From the NCBI GenBank assembly GCA_027623325.1, contig JAQBXY010000001.1, positions 67,511-131,510 on the forward strand: a stretch of DNA of 64,000 bases. The letters run 5' to 3'. A model generated the notes under the pieces. That model saw only the letters and a list, made by a program, of their open reading frames with translations. It did no database searches and was not told the DNA's origin. Origin of the DNA: Gemmatimonadota bacterium. Its GTDB lineage: Bacteria > Gemmatimonadota > Gemmatimonadetes > Longimicrobiales > Gaopeijiaceae. Position numbers and translations under genes: made by a program. Below are positions 27,544 to 37,762 of the stretch, in pieces; position 1 is the first letter of the stretch, and the number at the start of each line of letters is the position of its first letter.

Positions 27544-28800
27544 TCAGCCGAAGCGGGCGGGCGACAGGGCTGGAAGCCTGGCATCACCTCGACCGAGGAC
27601 GTGATTCGTGATGATCTCGCCGGTAACCGGTCCGAGGGTCAATCCGAGCATTCCGTGACCCGTGGCCACGGTCAGCCCCTCGATATCCCCGAGCGGTCCC
27701 ACGATCGGCAGGCCATCTACGGACATCGGTCGCAGTCCACACCACTCGGACACCGGTCGCGCCGGCCCCAGGTCCGGGAAGCATACACGACCGGCCCGAC
27801 TCAACTGCTGAAGGCGATCGCGACGCATGTCGGAGTTCTCGCCGGAGAACTCCATGGTCCCCGCAAAGCGAACGAAGGTATCCATCGGCGTACAGAACAC
27901 CGAGGCCTCGTTGAGCACGCACGCGACGCGCAACTTGGGCGCGCCATTGGGCCCGATCGGAATGTCTCTGTGGTACCCCTTCCCAGGCTGAAGAGGAAGT
28001 TTGACCCCGACTCGTCTCGCGAGCGCCGCGCCGAACGGGCCCGTCGCGAGCACGACCGCATCACCCGAGACCACCTCTCCACCGGTCAGGCGGACACCCA
28101 CCGTGCGGCCATGAACATGAAGGACCTCCTCGACGGCAGCACCTTCCCGAATCTCCGCACCTCGCTTACCGACGGCGACGCAAAGCCGTTCGAGGAACAC
28201 GGAAGGGTTCAACGTCGCGGCCTCGGGATAGAACACCCCTCCCAAGACCGCGAGACCGAACGCAGGCTCGCGCCGCCTCAGCTCGTCACCATCGACAACC
28301 TCCGGGTGGTATCCGTACCCTGAGATAACGTCTGCCTCATGGCTCGCTGCCTCGAGGCCAGCTTGCGTCGCGCAGACATCAAAGTATCCGCTCGCCTTAT
28401 AGCCGCACTCGATGCGCTCTTCTCCGAGTAACGAGTCGAAGAGACCGAGCGCGTCTTTGCCGAGTGGTGCCATCACTCGCATGCAATGCGTCACGTGCGC
28501 GGCGGTACAATGTCGCGCGAACCCATACATCCAGCGCCACAGCTCCGGGTCCCAACGCGGTCGCACGTAGAGCGGGCTGGTCGCATCGAGCATCTGAGCG
28601 AGGGCCGATCGGATTCGTCCGGGTCGATTCAACGGGGGATGTCCCGCAGAGACCGTCCCCGCATTTCCTGATGACGCTCCGGCCCCGATGCGGCTTCGTT
28701 CCAGCAGGACGACTTCCGCGCCGCCCCGAGCGAGGTAGTAGGCGCAGCAGACTCCGATCACGCCGCCGCCCACGACGATGACGCGGGGTCCTGTCGTCAC
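27544..28800 (-). CDS. FAD-dependent oxidoreductase (D-amino-acid dehydrogenase / DAO family)
   Basis: N-terminal VIVVGGGVIGVCCAYYLARGG dinucleotide fold. DAO-family length. Confidence 0.8.
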   Translation of the reverse strand: MTTGPRVIVVGGGVIGVCCAYYLARGGAEVVLLERSRIGAGASSGNAGTVSAGHPPLNRPGRIRSALAQMLDATSPLYVRPRWDPELWRWMYGFARHCTAAHVTHCMRVMAPLGKDALGLFDSLLGEERIECGYKASGYFDVCATQAGLEAASHEADVISGYGYHPEVVDGDELRRREPAFGLAVLGGVFYPEAATLNPSVFLERLCVAVGKRGAEIREGAAVEEVLHVHGRTVGVRLTGGEVVSGDAVVLATGPFGAALARRVGVKLPLQPGKGYHRDIPIGPNGAPKLRVACVLNEASVFCTPMDTFVRFAGTMEFSGENSDMRRDRLQQLSRAGRVCFPDLGPARPVSEWCGLRPMSVDGLPIVGPLGDIEGLTVATGHGMLGLTLGPVTGEIITNHVLGRGDARLPALSPARFG

Positions 28801-30056
28801 CCCAGCGACGGGTCGAGCAGCACTTTGACGGACCCCGTCTTCCGACGGTTCGCCGCCGTCGACAGTGCGTCACGGTACTCACCGAGGGGGAAGATGTGGG
28901 TCACCATGTTCTCGACGGGGGCGCCGGTCTCGATGAGCATGTCGTGCGTGATCTGGAACGTATGTGCCGTTCCACCTCGCCATTCCTCCTCCCCATAGCA
29001 CTGGAAGCCCTTCACTTCGAGCTCCCGCGCCCAGACGAAGGTGAGGTCGAGCTTGGGAATCTCCGCCGCACAGCCTAGCAGGACGATACGTCCCCGAACG
29101 GACGCATAACGCAACGCCTGCTTGATCGTCTCCCCACTGCCGACACAATCGAAGATCAGAGGAAAACCACCCCCGGCGTAGACCTCTGCTCCCACGATCG
29201 GCATGTACGCCTGGGCACCCGTGCCCACGAGGGCCTCTCGAGCCTCGTCGCCCGGCGAGATCACGCTACTGGCCCCGAGGGCCAACGCGATCTGCGCTTC
29301 GTGTGAGCGCCGGGTCTGAGCAACCAGTTCACCCTCGAAGCCCGCCGCCCTGAGCGCCCAGACGACACCGAGCGCGATCGGGCCGCTGCCGAGAACCAGT
29401 GCCGGCCCGGTCCCGAATGGTCTGGAGCGGAGCGCCGCATGCATGCCGACGGCCAGAGGCTCGATCAGGGCACCGGTTCGGTCGGAAAGGGCGTCATCCA
29501 CCAAAAAGAGTTGGGACTCGTGCGCGATCATGCGCTCCGCCCAACCGCCTGGGAGGCTCCCATGATAGCCGACGGTCATGCCCCGACGAATAGGCTGGCC
29601 CGAGATGATCGTCTCACCCTCGTCGCCCGCCCTTCCGCACGTGGAGCACAGCCCGATCGAACAGGAGGCGCACTGCTGAGCTCCGGCGAACCCTCGCATC
29701 GTGCATGAGACACCTGGGTCGACCGCCACCCGCTGTCCGACCTCCACCCGACGAACAGAGGACCCGACCTCAACGACTCGCGCGAGGATTTCGTGACCCA
29801 GTACGGCCGGGAACGACCCGAAGGGCTCCATGGCCGGACTCGACTTCAGCGTGAGGTTACCGATGTCCGAGCCACAAATCCCGGCTTTGAGAACCTCGAG
29901 GCGAACCCAGTCACTCCCGGGGAGACCGGGTTCGGCGACCTCTCCGTAGCGAACACCACTCAACCCTCCGAACACCGCCGCTTCCGTGACTTTGCCGAGC
30001 GTCTTGCCAATGAGATAGCTCGGAATCGTCACGTTGAACGAGACAGCACGCATCAT
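28797..30056 (-). CDS. zinc-dependent medium-chain dehydrogenase/reductase (threonine/sorbitol dehydrogenase-like)
   Basis: GICGSD and GHE zinc-ligand motifs. Structural-zinc Cys cluster CASCSIGLCSTC. Its stop overlaps the downstream FAD oxidoreductase start by 4 nt. Confidence 0.8.
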   Translation of the reverse strand: MMRAVSFNVTIPSYLIGKTLGKVTEAAVFGGLSGVRYGEVAEPGLPGSDWVRLEVLKAGICGSDIGNLTLKSSPAMEPFGSFPAVLGHEILARVVEVGSSVRRVEVGQRVAVDPGVSCTMRGFAGAQQCASCSIGLCSTCGRAGDEGETIISGQPIRRGMTVGYHGSLPGGWAERMIAHESQLFLVDDALSDRTGALIEPLAVGMHAALRSRPFGTGPALVLGSGPIALGVVWALRAAGFEGELVAQTRRSHEAQIALALGASSVISPGDEAREALVGTGAQAYMPIVGAEVYAGGGFPLIFDCVGSGETIKQALRYASVRGRIVLLGCAAEIPKLDLTFVWARELEVKGFQCYGEEEWRGGTAHTFQITHDMLIETGAPVENMVTHIFPLGEYRDALSTAANRRKTGSVKVLLDPSLG

Positions 30057-30108
30057 CGAATCCTCACGGAGGTCGGTCCTCGTTCGCGGAGGCGTACAAC
30101 GACATCGG

Positions 30109-30609
30109 TCACGAATGGTCCCCTGACAAGGCTCTCAGTAGGTGCCTGACCGAAACGGGTGCTCGGCCGACGACGGCCGCGATGACCAGTCCGGCCGCGA
30201 TCACTGCGACAGTCCCCATCACCACAGGGCTCGAGGAATCACTCAGGAAGATCCTCCCGGTAATCAGAATCACCATCGACAGCGTCACCGACGCCAGACG
30301 CTCGCGAGGCTCGAGCGCGCCTCTCCTGCCACGCCCGCTGGAAGACCCCGGTCCCGGGCGCACGGCTGCGACCCGCGGTCCAACCGCGGGCGGCAGGTCG
30401 AGAACGTCCCGCGCTAGGTCCACATCCATTCCGCGAACCCAGAGCATCGCGGGTGCAGCAATCGTCAGGCCCATGGCGGGATCGTCGATCTGGAGCCGGT
30501 ACGGGATGTCGGCTTCGTCCAGAAAGCCGGCAGCAAACTCGGCCTCGTGGCGGTAGGCATACTGAGCGACCACGACTTCGCGGAGCTTTCGGTCGGTCTT
30601 TTCGGTCAT
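30109..30609 (-). CDS. DUF2007-like small signal-transducing-fold protein with C-terminal transmembrane segments
   Basis: GGAGG Shine-Dalgarno before ATG 30609. VAQYAYRHEAEFAAGFLDEADIPY resembles DUF2007. Hydrophobic C-terminus. Confidence 0.5.
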   Translation of the reverse strand: MTEKTDRKLREVVVAQYAYRHEAEFAAGFLDEADIPYRLQIDDPAMGLTIAAPAMLWVRGMDVDLARDVLDLPPAVGPRVAAVRPGPGSSSGRGRRGALEPRERLASVTLSMVILITGRIFLSDSSSPVVMGTVAVIAAGLVIAAVVGRAPVSVRHLLRALSGDHS

Positions 30610-30734
30610 CGTCACCTCCTGGCGCGCGGTCCGACAGTCTACCCCCGGCGTCCAACCCTGGGCCAACATAGCCCTCGGGTTGCACGGCCCCCAGAGCCGA
30701 CTACTCTTCGCACTTCCTCAGACTTGGAGCTCAC

Positions 30735-31337
30735 GTGAGACCCACCCGCGTTCAACCTGTCCTCGTTCTCCTACTCCTTTTCGGTTGCGGGGGCTCCCCG
30801 GATGCCGACCGAGGCTCGGCCGCGTCGGACACCACCGACCCCCAACTGGTCTATTGGGCGTCGCTCGAAGGCCTCTGTGGGCAGGCGTTCGAGGGCGCGG
30901 TGGTCGAGAGTGTGCCACCGGACGCCTCCTTTGAGGGCCAGCGGCTAGTCATGCACGTGCGAGAATGTCAGCCCGGCGAGATTCGGATCCCGTTCTTCGT
31001 GGGTGAAGACCGGTCCCGCACGTGGGTGATCACCTCGACCTCTGCCGGGCTCCGGCTGAAGCACGATCACCGACATGAGGATGGCTCGGAAGACGCGGTC
31101 ACGCAGTACGGCGGCGATACCGAGGGCCGAGGCACGAACGGCTCTCAAGATTTTCACGCGGACAGCCATACAGCTGACCTCGTTCCCACGGCGGCGACCA
31201 ACATATGGACCATCGCCGTGGACCCGGGCCGGACGTTCACCTACGCCCTTCGAAGGGAAGGTGCAGATCGGAGATTCCGGGTCGACTTCGACCTCACTCG
31301 CCCGATCGAAACGCCTCCGCCACCTTGGGGGAATTGA
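30735..31337 (+). CDS. hypothetical lipoprotein
   Basis: GTG start. Lipobox LLLLFGC|GGS. No recognisable domain. Confidence 0.55.
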   Translation: MRPTRVQPVLVLLLLFGCGGSPDADRGSAASDTTDPQLVYWASLEGLCGQAFEGAVVESVPPDASFEGQRLVMHVRECQPGEIRIPFFVGEDRSRTWVITSTSAGLRLKHDHRHEDGSEDAVTQYGGDTEGRGTNGSQDFHADSHTADLVPTAATNIWTIAVDPGRTFTYALRREGADRRFRVDFDLTRPIETPPPPWGN

Positions 31338-31346
31338 GGGCCCGTC

Positions 31347-32666
31347 GTGACTGTGTCCGGGTGGCTTCTGTATCGAAGCAGTGTGCGAGTGGCGGGAGTT
31401 GTGCTCACGAGCGCTCTCCTCACGGCGTGCGCTCCGGGATCTAACGCGGACCCGATCGCGACCGCCGACTCGATCGTGCGGGACTGGGTCGCATCGAATC
31501 GCATCCCCGGTGCCGTGCTCAGGATTTCCGAAAGCGGAGAGCTCCAATTCGAATCAGCGTATGGGTTCGCTCAGCGCTTCGACTACGGTACAGGGCAATA
31601 TCCACAGGAGGCCCAGAATGCCGACGACATCCCGCAATCCAAGGCGTCTCGACCCGAGATCACTCGGTCGGCCGTCCCAACGCCGATGACGATGCAGACC
31701 GTCTTCGACCTGGCGTCCGTCACGAAAGTGATGGCGACGACGATGGCGGCCATGCTGCTCGTCGATCGCGGGCAGCTCGACGTCGACGCTCCCGTCTCGA
31801 CGTATCTGCCCGACTTCTCTGCGGATCAGAAGACCGACCTCACCATCAAAGACCTTCTTACGCACCGCGCCGGCCTCGATCAATGGCAGCCGACGTATTA
31901 TCACGCCACGAACGCGGCCGAGGCATACGCCTTCATTCGCGATCTCCCCCTGAGTTGGTCGCCAGGAACGGAACTGCACTATTCGGACCTCGGCTTCATG
32001 GTACTCGGACTCGTCGTCGAAGGGGTGACTGGCCAACGACTGGATGCGTTCCTTGAAAACGAACTCTATGAACCCCTGGGCCTCGACCGAACGGCGTTCC
32101 GGCCACGGGACGACCTAGCGAGAGACCCCGGAGGACGTGAGTCCTTTGCCGCGACATCCCACGGCAACCCCTTCGAGCGCCGCATGGTACACGATCCCGA
32201 CTTCGGATATCGCATTGGCGGTGACCCCAACAGTTGGGATGGGTGGAGAACGCGGACCCTCGTAGGCGAGGTGAACGACGGGAACGCCTTCCATACGTTT
32301 CAAGGTATCGCCGGCCACGCGGGGCTTTTCTCGACGGCCGCCGATCTCGATGTGCTGCTCCAACTTCTCCTGGCCCGAGGGCGGTGGAACGGGCAGAGGG
32401 TTCTCAGCCCCGAAGTGGTCGATCGCTTCCTCGAAACAACGGGCGATGGGCAGGCACTCGGGTGGCAGATCCCTCCCTATGCACCACCCTCGAGCTTCGG
32501 ACATACGGGCTTCACCGGAACGTTCGTGCTCGGCGTACGGGACAGATCTCTTAGCATCGTGCTTCTCACCAACCGCCAGAACGGCGGTGTAGACGATGCG
32601 ACTCAGTACCCGGATATCGGCGAACTGCAGCGCGAGGTCACGCGCGCGCTGGTCGGCAACCGCTAG
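31347..32666 (+). CDS. serine hydrolase, class C beta-lactamase / PBP4*-like family
   Basis: Lipobox ALLTAC. SxxK motif ASVTK. YSD(L) second motif. HTGFTG third motif. Confidence 0.8.
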   Translation: MTVSGWLLYRSSVRVAGVVLTSALLTACAPGSNADPIATADSIVRDWVASNRIPGAVLRISESGELQFESAYGFAQRFDYGTGQYPQEAQNADDIPQSKASRPEITRSAVPTPMTMQTVFDLASVTKVMATTMAAMLLVDRGQLDVDAPVSTYLPDFSADQKTDLTIKDLLTHRAGLDQWQPTYYHATNAAEAYAFIRDLPLSWSPGTELHYSDLGFMVLGLVVEGVTGQRLDAFLENELYEPLGLDRTAFRPRDDLARDPGGRESFAATSHGNPFERRMVHDPDFGYRIGGDPNSWDGWRTRTLVGEVNDGNAFHTFQGIAGHAGLFSTAADLDVLLQLLLARGRWNGQRVLSPEVVDRFLETTGDGQALGWQIPPYAPPSSFGHTGFTGTFVLGVRDRSLSIVLLTNRQNGGVDDATQYPDIGELQREVTRALVGNR

Positions 32667-32798
32667 GAAGTCCGAGAGGATCGGGGTCATCGGAGGCGCT
32701 CGACGTTGCTGCTCCCGTCGGGTCTTCGTACCGTGCGGGTCGTCGACGGGCGGGAGTTCAGCGCCCCGATGCCCACCCACCAATGGAATTCAGGACGT

Positions 32799-34934
32799 AT
32801 GCGCTCCAACCGCACCTTCGTCGCGATCCCGCTGCTCGTGGCAATGTCAGCCCCTGCACTTTTTGCTCAGGTGCCGGTCGCCATCAACGCACCCGTTGGA
32901 TTCAGCGCAAGAAACGCTGGACGGCAGGCGTATTGCGAGGCTCGTTTCCTCGAACTCCCCTCGAGCGATTCGTTTCGGGAGCACCTGCGCATCATCACGG
33001 CGAACCCGCATCCGACCGGCTCGGCAGCGCAGGTGGAAGTCGGCCACTACCTGGCCCGCTCCATGAAGGCTGCTGGCTTCGCGGTCCGCGAGCATCCCTA
33101 CGATGTCTATCTGCCTCAGCTCACCGACGACGTGGAAGCTCACATCGTCACCCCTGTCGCCCTCAGGCTGAACAATCGCGAGGCGGCGCACCCCGAGGAC
33201 CGCTTTTCGGGGCACCCCGAACTACTCAACGGCTGGAACGCATTCTCCGGAAGTGGCGATGTGACCGGTGAGGTCGTCTACGCGAACTACGGCACACGCG
33301 CCGACTATCGTGCACTCGACTCGCTGGGGATTTCCCTTGAGGGCAAGATCGTCGTGGCCCGATACGGGGGGAACTTCCGTGGCTACAAGGTCCTGTTCGC
33401 GGAGGAACGGGGGGCGGCGGGCGTCATCATGTTCAACGACGCGCCCGAGGTCGAGGAGGACGCATACCCACAGGGGCCCATGCTGAGTGGCGAAATTATT
33501 CAACGCGGTTCCGTCCTCACGCTGAACTGGACGGGTGACCCGCTCACTCCTTTCGTGCCAGCCCTACCGCTCGACGGTGACGTCCAGGTCGAGCGACTTG
33601 ATCCTTCGGAAGTCGGCCTCCACACGATTCCCGTACTCCCTCTCGGGTACACCGCGGTAGCCGAGATCCTCTCCCGGATGACGGGGCCGGCCGCACCCGA
33701 AGATTGGCAGGGCGGCCTCGACATGCCCTACAGACTTACGGGTGGCTCCGCGCTCACGGTCCGGGTGCGCGTGAATCAGCCGAAGGCCCTGACTCGCGCC
33801 ATCAACGTAGTCGGCACCCTCGAGGGAAGTGATTTCCCCGACGAGTGGTTCATCCTGGGCGCGCACTACGATCCGTGGGGCTTCGGAGCCGTGGACCCGA
33901 ACGGCGGCACGGCCATGCTCCTTACCCTCGCCGACGCGTTGGGTCAGTTGGCGGAGGAAGGATGTCGCCCGCGGCGATCCATCCTGATCGCCCACTGGGA
34001 CGCGGAGGAGTATGGCGTGATCGGTTCGTCCGAGTGGGTCGAGGAGTTTCTGCCGGAACTCACGACGAACGCGGTGGCGTACATCAACGCCGACGCAGCG
34101 GTGTCCGGCCCGGACTTTGCCTCCTCGTCGTCGCCCTCACTCAAGCAACCCATCCTCGACGCGATCAAGGACACGCCTTATCCCAACGAGAACCGTAGCG
34201 TCTACGAGTCGTGGGCCGAGCGGGCCGCCGACGGGATACCCGTCATGGGCGACCTCGGTGGAGGCTCCGACCACATCGCCTTCTACACACATGCCGGGAT
34301 TCCCTCGGCAGGCCTCTCGACCGGAGGCCCGAGCGGTATCTATCACTCGAATTACGACAACTTCGCGTTCTTCGAGCGCTTCGCCGATCCGGACTGGATC
34401 TACGGCCCGATGCTCGCGCAGGCAGATGGGCTCCTCACGCTACGGTTCGCGAACGCCGACCTGCTTCCGTACGACGTCACGAGGTACGCGGTGGACACCC
34501 GAACCCACGTGAACACGTTGCTGGAGGTCGCAGAGTTCCGTCGGATCGAGGTCGAACTCAGCCGCCTGGTAAACGCGACGCAGGGGCTCGAGCGCGCCGC
34601 GATGGCACTCGAACGCGCACGAACAGCGCGGATTGCGGAAGGGCCGATTTCGGTCGCAGCCGCGCGACGGATCAACGCGGCTTTCATCGGCCTGGAGAAG
34701 GCATGGCTGGACGACCGGGGGCTTCAAGATCGTCCGTGGAGTCGGTCACTCTACGTTTCTCCCGACCCGTTCAGCGGGTACGCCTCGTGGATGCTTCCTG
34801 GAATCCGGTATGAAATCGAAACCGACAATCCGGCCGCAGTACCCGACTGGGAAGCTCGCTACGTATCCGCCATCGGTCGGCTCACCGAGCGCATGGAGGG
34901 GGTCACGGCGCTCATTCAGGCATCATCACGGTAG
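32799..34934 (+). CDS. M28-family metallopeptidase of glutamate carboxypeptidase II type (PA domain + M28 + transferrin-receptor-like dimerisation domain)
   Basis: Signal peptide MRSNRTFVAIPLLVAMSAPALFAQ. KIVVARYG PA-domain signature. HWDAEEYGVIGS metal site. Long helical C-terminal domain. Confidence 0.8.
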   Translation: MRSNRTFVAIPLLVAMSAPALFAQVPVAINAPVGFSARNAGRQAYCEARFLELPSSDSFREHLRIITANPHPTGSAAQVEVGHYLARSMKAAGFAVREHPYDVYLPQLTDDVEAHIVTPVALRLNNREAAHPEDRFSGHPELLNGWNAFSGSGDVTGEVVYANYGTRADYRALDSLGISLEGKIVVARYGGNFRGYKVLFAEERGAAGVIMFNDAPEVEEDAYPQGPMLSGEIIQRGSVLTLNWTGDPLTPFVPALPLDGDVQVERLDPSEVGLHTIPVLPLGYTAVAEILSRMTGPAAPEDWQGGLDMPYRLTGGSALTVRVRVNQPKALTRAINVVGTLEGSDFPDEWFILGAHYDPWGFGAVDPNGGTAMLLTLADALGQLAEEGCRPRRSILIAHWDAEEYGVIGSSEWVEEFLPELTTNAVAYINADAAVSGPDFASSSSPSLKQPILDAIKDTPYPNENRSVYESWAERAADGIPVMGDLGGGSDHIAFYTHAGIPSAGLSTGGPSGIYHSNYDNFAFFERFADPDWIYGPMLAQADGLLTLRFANADLLPYDVTRYAVDTRTHVNTLLEVAEFRRIEVELSRLVNATQGLERAAMALERARTARIAEGPISVAAARRINAAFIGLEKAWLDDRGLQDRPWSRSLYVSPDPFSGYASWMLPGIRYEIETDNPAAVPDWEARYVSAIGRLTERMEGVTALIQASSR

Positions 34935-34947
34935 TCGGATGATCCGG

Positions 34948-35241
34948 TCAGTCACCCTCGAAGGCACATAGCGCGAACGACTCACAACCCAGGGTCCGGA
35001 GGTCGTCCGCACCTCCGAGGTCAGGCAAGTCGATGACGAAGCACGCCTCTACTACTTGCCCGCTCGCGTGACACGGCACCTTATCCGCCTTCCGTAGCGG
35101 CGCAAAGCCCACACCAAGTTCATAGGCTGCGGTACCGAAGATGAATCCCCTCGCTTCGATTCCGGCCTTGGAAGGCGCGAGAGTGCTCCCGGTGCGCGGC
35201 CGTGTCACCGGGTCCAGACCTCTCGAAACAACCTCATCCAA
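34948..35241 (-). pseudogene. remnant of adenine phosphoribosyltransferase (internally deleted and N-terminally truncated)
   Basis: The frame encodes GIEARGFIFGTAAYELGVGFAPLRKADKVP, then jumps directly to GQVVEACFVIDLPDLGGADDL. The ~60 aa between them that carry the PRPP-binding loop (VxxVDDLLATGGT) are absent. The N-terminal ~45 aa have no APRT similarity, and the 5' end overlaps the dipeptidase gene. Confidence 0.6.
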
Positions 35242-36338
35242 TTGCCGCCGAGTACCTTGGCGATCCGCGCGTCCGAATGCCCCCGCTCCGCCATTCCGTC
35301 CGCGATCAACTCCATTCGTCGACGTGTGTTCAGATCTTCCACAGTGAAGAGAATGTCAGGGTCTTCGTTCGGGGCAGCTACTCCGCGTTGGATCCGCCCC
35401 GCGACGAATTCGCGATGGCGAGACCAGTACTCCATGGACCCGTCGATCGGAGTTGTGGAGAGGTCACTCCCGATACCCACGTGGTCCTCCCCACAGACGT
35501 CGATCGCGTGTTCGATGTGCGCCAAAACGTCCGCCCGCATGGGGACACGACCCGGAGTCAGGAACGGCATCAGGTAGATCCCGACGACGCCCCCGTTTTC
35601 CGCCAATGCCCGGAGCTCCGCGTCGTCCTTGCTCCGAGGGTGACGCGCCACGGCATTGCATCCGCTGTGCGTAATCGCGGCAGGAACGCGGGAGGCACGG
35701 ATCCCCTCAGCGGTCGTCCTTTGACCGCAGTGGCTCAGGTCGACCAGCATGCCGAGGTCGTTCATACGTTCCACGACGGCATGTCCGAAACGGGTCAGGC
35801 CGCCATTCGCCTGCTCGAGGCATCCATCCCCCACCAGATTCCGCACGTTGTACGTCAATTGCGTGACCTTGACCCCCATGTTTCTGAAGAGGTCGACGTG
35901 ATCGATCTGTCCCTCAAACGGTGTCGTATCCTGGAAACCGAAGACGATGCCGAGCCGACCCCCGCGTTTCGCGCCGAGCACCTGCTCCGCTGTGCGTACC
36001 TGGACAAACGCTTCGGGGAAGCTCTCGATGCGATCCAGCCACCCGGCTATCGAGCGTACGGTGCCCTCGAAGCTTCCAGAGCTGACCGTGAGATTCACCG
36101 CCGTGATGCCGGATCCGACCGCATTCGAAACCATCTCCGCGTCCAGAGGAGGATTCAGCGGGTAGTTGAAATACCCCGGGCTCGCGAGGAAATCGATCAC
36201 GATCGCAGAGTCGTAGCCGGGCCAGCGCCGCGTGCTCGTCCAATGGACACTCGGGCGCCATGGGGTCGAGCCAAGCGCTAAGGCCGCAGCCCCCGCCAGG
36301 AATGTTCGGCGATCCAGCTCGGATTTCGCCAGCGTCAT
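35205..36338 (-). CDS. M19-family membrane (renal-type) dipeptidase with Tat signal
   Basis: Twin-arginine signal DRRTFLAGAAALALG. VIDFL..., HSGCNAVARHPRSKDD and IGSDL motifs typical of M19. Confidence 0.8.
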   Translation of the reverse strand: MTLAKSELDRRTFLAGAAALALGSTPWRPSVHWTSTRRWPGYDSAIVIDFLASPGYFNYPLNPPLDAEMVSNAVGSGITAVNLTVSSGSFEGTVRSIAGWLDRIESFPEAFVQVRTAEQVLGAKRGGRLGIVFGFQDTTPFEGQIDHVDLFRNMGVKVTQLTYNVRNLVGDGCLEQANGGLTRFGHAVVERMNDLGMLVDLSHCGQRTTAEGIRASRVPAAITHSGCNAVARHPRSKDDAELRALAENGGVVGIYLMPFLTPGRVPMRADVLAHIEHAIDVCGEDHVGIGSDLSTTPIDGSMEYWSRHREFVAGRIQRGVAAPNEDPDILFTVEDLNTRRRMELIADGMAERGHSDARIAKVLGGNWMRLFREVWTR

Positions 36339-36487
36339 AAGGCTTCCCCGTAGAGGTTTTCCAACCTGAGCCCCAAATTGCGTGTGCGTTCACCTTAGAT
36401 CAAGCGCCAACCCGCTCTTGGGCTCTCCTTGCCCGCCCCATCTCTCAGGCGACAGGTTGCGTGCCTCGCCCCCTCGCCTACGACAAG

Positions 36488-37762
36488 ATGAAAACAGCCA
36501 TCGTCGCCGGATGTCGCACCGCTTTCTCTCGATCGGGGTCGGTTGTCGCCGATATCACCGCGATCGACCTGGGAAAAGTCGCGGTGCGCGATGCCCTCGC
36601 CCGTAGTGGGCTCAAGGGTGATCAGATCGACCACCTCATCTACGGCACGGTTGTACACGACACTCAGGCTCCGAACATCGCTCGCGAGGTGGGGCTGGCG
36701 GTTCTGCCCAAGACCGTCCCGGCCTCATCGGTGTCGCGCGCATGCGCCTCAGCGAATCAAGCGATTACGGACGGCGTTCAGATGATCGAGTTGGGCCAGG
36801 CGGACGTGGTTATCGCCGGCGGAGCCGAATCGCTTTCCAGAATTCCGATCACCGTGAGCGACCGGCTCTCCAAGACGCTCGTTTCCGCCTCGAAGGCGAA
36901 ATCTATCGGTCAGCGGCTGGGAGCCTTTCGATCGATCCGACCGCGTGACCTGCTGCCCGTCCAGCCCGCGATCGCGGAGCCAACGACCGGAGAGTCGATG
37001 GGCGCCTCCGCCGAGCGGATGGCCAAGGAGAACGGCATCTCCCGCGAAGATCAGGACGCCTGGGCGCTTCGCTCTCATCAGTTGGCGGCGGAAGGAACCG
37101 ACGACGGTCGCCTCACGGCTGAGATCGCCCCTTTCTACGTACCGCCGTCCTATGAGTCCGTGGTCACGAGCGACAATGGCATCCGATCCGACACGTCGCT
37201 CGAGAAGCTCGCGGGGCTGCGGCCGGTATTCGATCGCCGACATGGGTCGGTAACCGCCGGAAACGCCTCCCCGCTCACGGACGGAGCCTCGGCTGTCGTG
37301 CTCATGAACGGAGACAAGGCTTCGGCGATGGGCCTCAAGCCCATGGGGTACGTGCGAAGTTGGGCGTGGACCGCGCTCGACCCGGCGGGTCAGCTCCTTC
37401 AGGGCCCCGCATATGCCGCACCGATCGCGCTCGACCGGGCCGGCCTGGCGATGACCGACATCGGCCTCATGGAAATGCACGAGGCCTTCGCATCTCAGGT
37501 GTTGTCCAACCTTCAGGCACTATCGTCGAAGAACTTCGCCGAGCAGGAGCTCGGTCGGAGCCAGGCCATCGGCCACCCCGACATCGAACGGATCAACGTG
37601 ATGGGCGGTTCGCTGGCCATCGGGCATCCGTTCGGCGCGACCGGGGGCCGCCTCACAGTGACCATCTTGAATGAGATGGCTCGCCGTGACGTTCAGTTCG
37701 GGCTGATCACCGTTTGTGCGGCAGGAGGGATGGGCTTCGCGATGGTCGTCGAGCGCCGCTAG
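36488..37762 (+). CDS. acetyl-CoA C-acyltransferase (thiolase, FadI-like)
   Basis: Active-site Cys in VSRACASANQA. C-terminal NVMGGSLAIGHPFGATGGR and CAAGGMG motifs. Confidence 0.85.
   Translation: MKTAIVAGCRTAFSRSGSVVADITAIDLGKVAVRDALARSGLKGDQIDHLIYGTVVHDTQAPNIAREVGLAVLPKTVPASSVSRACASANQAITDGVQMIELGQADVVIAGGAESLSRIPITVSDRLSKTLVSASKAKSIGQRLGAFRSIRPRDLLPVQPAIAEPTTGESMGASAERMAKENGISREDQDAWALRSHQLAAEGTDDGRLTAEIAPFYVPPSYESVVTSDNGIRSDTSLEKLAGLRPVFDRRHGSVTAGNASPLTDGASAVVLMNGDKASAMGLKPMGYVRSWAWTALDPAGQLLQGPAYAAPIALDRAGLAMTDIGLMEMHEAFASQVLSNLQALSSKNFAEQELGRSQAIGHPDIERINVMGGSLAIGHPFGATGGRLTVTILNEMARRDVQFGLITVCAAGGMGFAMVVERR

Noticed and set aside
35202-36281. 359-aa plus-strand ORF
   Set aside because: It is antisense to the M19 dipeptidase, which has a Tat signal and family motifs. 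No recognisable features.
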